DNA of 41,040 bases, taken from the NCBI GenBank assembly GCA_963788655.1, contig CAWBHS010000069.1:1-41040 (forward strand). Direction: 5' to 3'. The position numbers and the translations under genes were made by a program. Shown here piece after piece: positions 40,021 through 41,040 of the stretch. Each line of letters opens with the position of its first letter. Position 1 is the stretch's first letter. The stretch is from an uncultured Verrucomicrobiae bacterium. Lineage in GTDB: Bacteria > Verrucomicrobiota > Verrucomicrobiia > Limisphaerales > JAFGQR01. The notes under the pieces are model-generated. The model searched no databases and was not told where the DNA came from. It saw nothing but the letters and a program-made list of their open reading frames with translations.

Positions 40021-40965
40021 TCACTGATCCAGCGGACTGGGCACACTCAGATTCTCGGCATGGAAGTAGCCCATGGTCGTCTCCAACGACTTGTGGCCCA
40101 TCACCTGTTGGATGGCGCGTGGATTGATCCCGCGGTTCAAAGAGTGCGTGGCGTACGCATGGCGCAGTTCATGGGGCAAAATGGCCAGCCCCACTTGGCG
40201 ACAGGCTTGGCGAACGGCTCTTTGGATATTGGCCTCGTGCATGCGGTAGCGCACCCATTCCTGCGTGCGGGGATGGCGACAGGGTGAGGCAGCGGGAAAC
40301 AGCCAGGCCCATTTCCAGGCAAACCGGGAGCGCGGATATTTGCGAGCCAGGTGGTGCGGCAGCCAGAGGGGCAACTGGTTGGCCAGGTCGCTTTTCCAGA
40401 TGATCCGCGCCGCCTCGATTTGGATCGCAAGGTCCGCCCCCAACGCCTTGGGCAGAGCGACGACCCGGTCTTTGCCCCCTTTGGCGGCTCGGATCACCAG
40501 TTGCCGGGCGCTCAATCCGATGTCCTTGATCCGCAAATTCAAGGGTTCGGTGACCCGCAAGCCGCAACCATAAATGAGGCGGACGATCAAGCGGCAAGGA
40601 TACCCGTACAGGTCCGGGACCGCTGCCAGCAAGGCCCGCGTTTCTTCCCTCGTGGGGGCCTCCCGGACGCGCGCCGGCACCTTGGCGCGGAGGGCGTCGA
40701 TTTTTTTTAGTGACAATCTCAGTACTTGCTGATAAAAGAACACCAATGCGGAGAAGGCTTGATTTTGGGTTGAGGCTGAAATTCCCTGCCGGGCCAGGTG
40801 GGAAAGGTAAGCCTCCAGTTTTTGCTCGCTGGTGGCGGCGGGCAGGTGGGCCAGGAAGCGAATGTAGCGCCGGAGCCAACCGCAATAGGAACGTTCGGTG
40901 GAAAAGGAAAAATGCCGCAAGCGAATGGCCGCCCGCATCCGTTGTATCGCCTCAGCCTCACTCAT
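40021..40965 (-). CDS. intI: Integron integrase (tyrosine recombinase, IntI family)
   Basis: N-terminal IRLRHFSFSTERSY..W, SASTQNQAFSALVFFY. Catalytic R (YGCGLRVTE), K (KGGKDR), HxxR (PHELRHAYATH), H (MGH) and Y (ETTMGY). Integron-specific insertion LPHHLARKYP..WKWAWLFP. Confidence 0.88.
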   Translation of the reverse strand: MSEAEAIQRMRAAIRLRHFSFSTERSYCGWLRRYIRFLAHLPAATSEQKLEAYLSHLARQGISASTQNQAFSALVFFYQQVLRLSLKKIDALRAKVPARVREAPTREETRALLAAVPDLYGYPCRLIVRLIYGCGLRVTEPLNLRIKDIGLSARQLVIRAAKGGKDRVVALPKALGADLAIQIEAARIIWKSDLANQLPLWLPHHLARKYPRSRFAWKWAWLFPAASPCRHPRTQEWVRYRMHEANIQRAVRQACRQVGLAILPHELRHAYATHSLNRGINPRAIQQVMGHKSLETTMGYFHAENLSVPSPLDQ

Positions 40966-41023
40966 GTTTTTCCTTTGTGCCGAATTATCAACAACTTGGC
41001 AAGTTCATTATCTGTCCACTGGT

Positions 41024-41040
41024 CGCATAATAATCGTTCG
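41024..41040 (+). other. Putative attI simple site (truncated at the window edge)
   Basis: CGCATAA-TAATC-GTTCG: L-box-like heptamer, 5-bp spacer and GTT core, ~70 bp upstream of and divergent from intI, which is the usual integron geometry. Confidence 0.5.

Overview
GC-rich bacterial chromosomal window. Gene style, repeat families and C-terminal '...FFRL' domains suggest Verrucomicrobiota (Pedosphaera-like); this is inference, not a database result. The assembly appears to carry indel errors. Left to right: two frameshifted secreted multidomain proteins (1-4841); a minus-strand NAD-coupled bidirectional [NiFe]-hydrogenase cluster hoxEFUYH-hoxW, with hoxEFUY heavily frameshifted; an Xaa-Pro aminopeptidase plus hydroxyproline-catabolism operon; a 122-bp tandem palindromic array; hypothetical-pdxJ-acpS; prc; def; a PfkB-like protein; parB; DUF309; a Tat-type metallophosphoesterase; a TetR-controlled RND efflux operon; a gingipain/C25-like secreted protein; an SGNH-sulfatase fusion; and an integron integrase whose probable attI core site lies at the last bases of the window. 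Many intergenic gaps hold REP/REPIN-like palindromes from several unrelated families. The best leads are: (i) a shared ~65-70-aa C-terminal domain on unrelated secreted proteins, a candidate lineage-specific sorting signal; (ii) the divergent IntI with attI; (iii) REP behaviour (tandem amplification, in-frame insertion, bracketing of the RND permease gene); (iv) a C25-like fold with swapped catalytic residues. No CRISPR, rRNA or tRNA was found.
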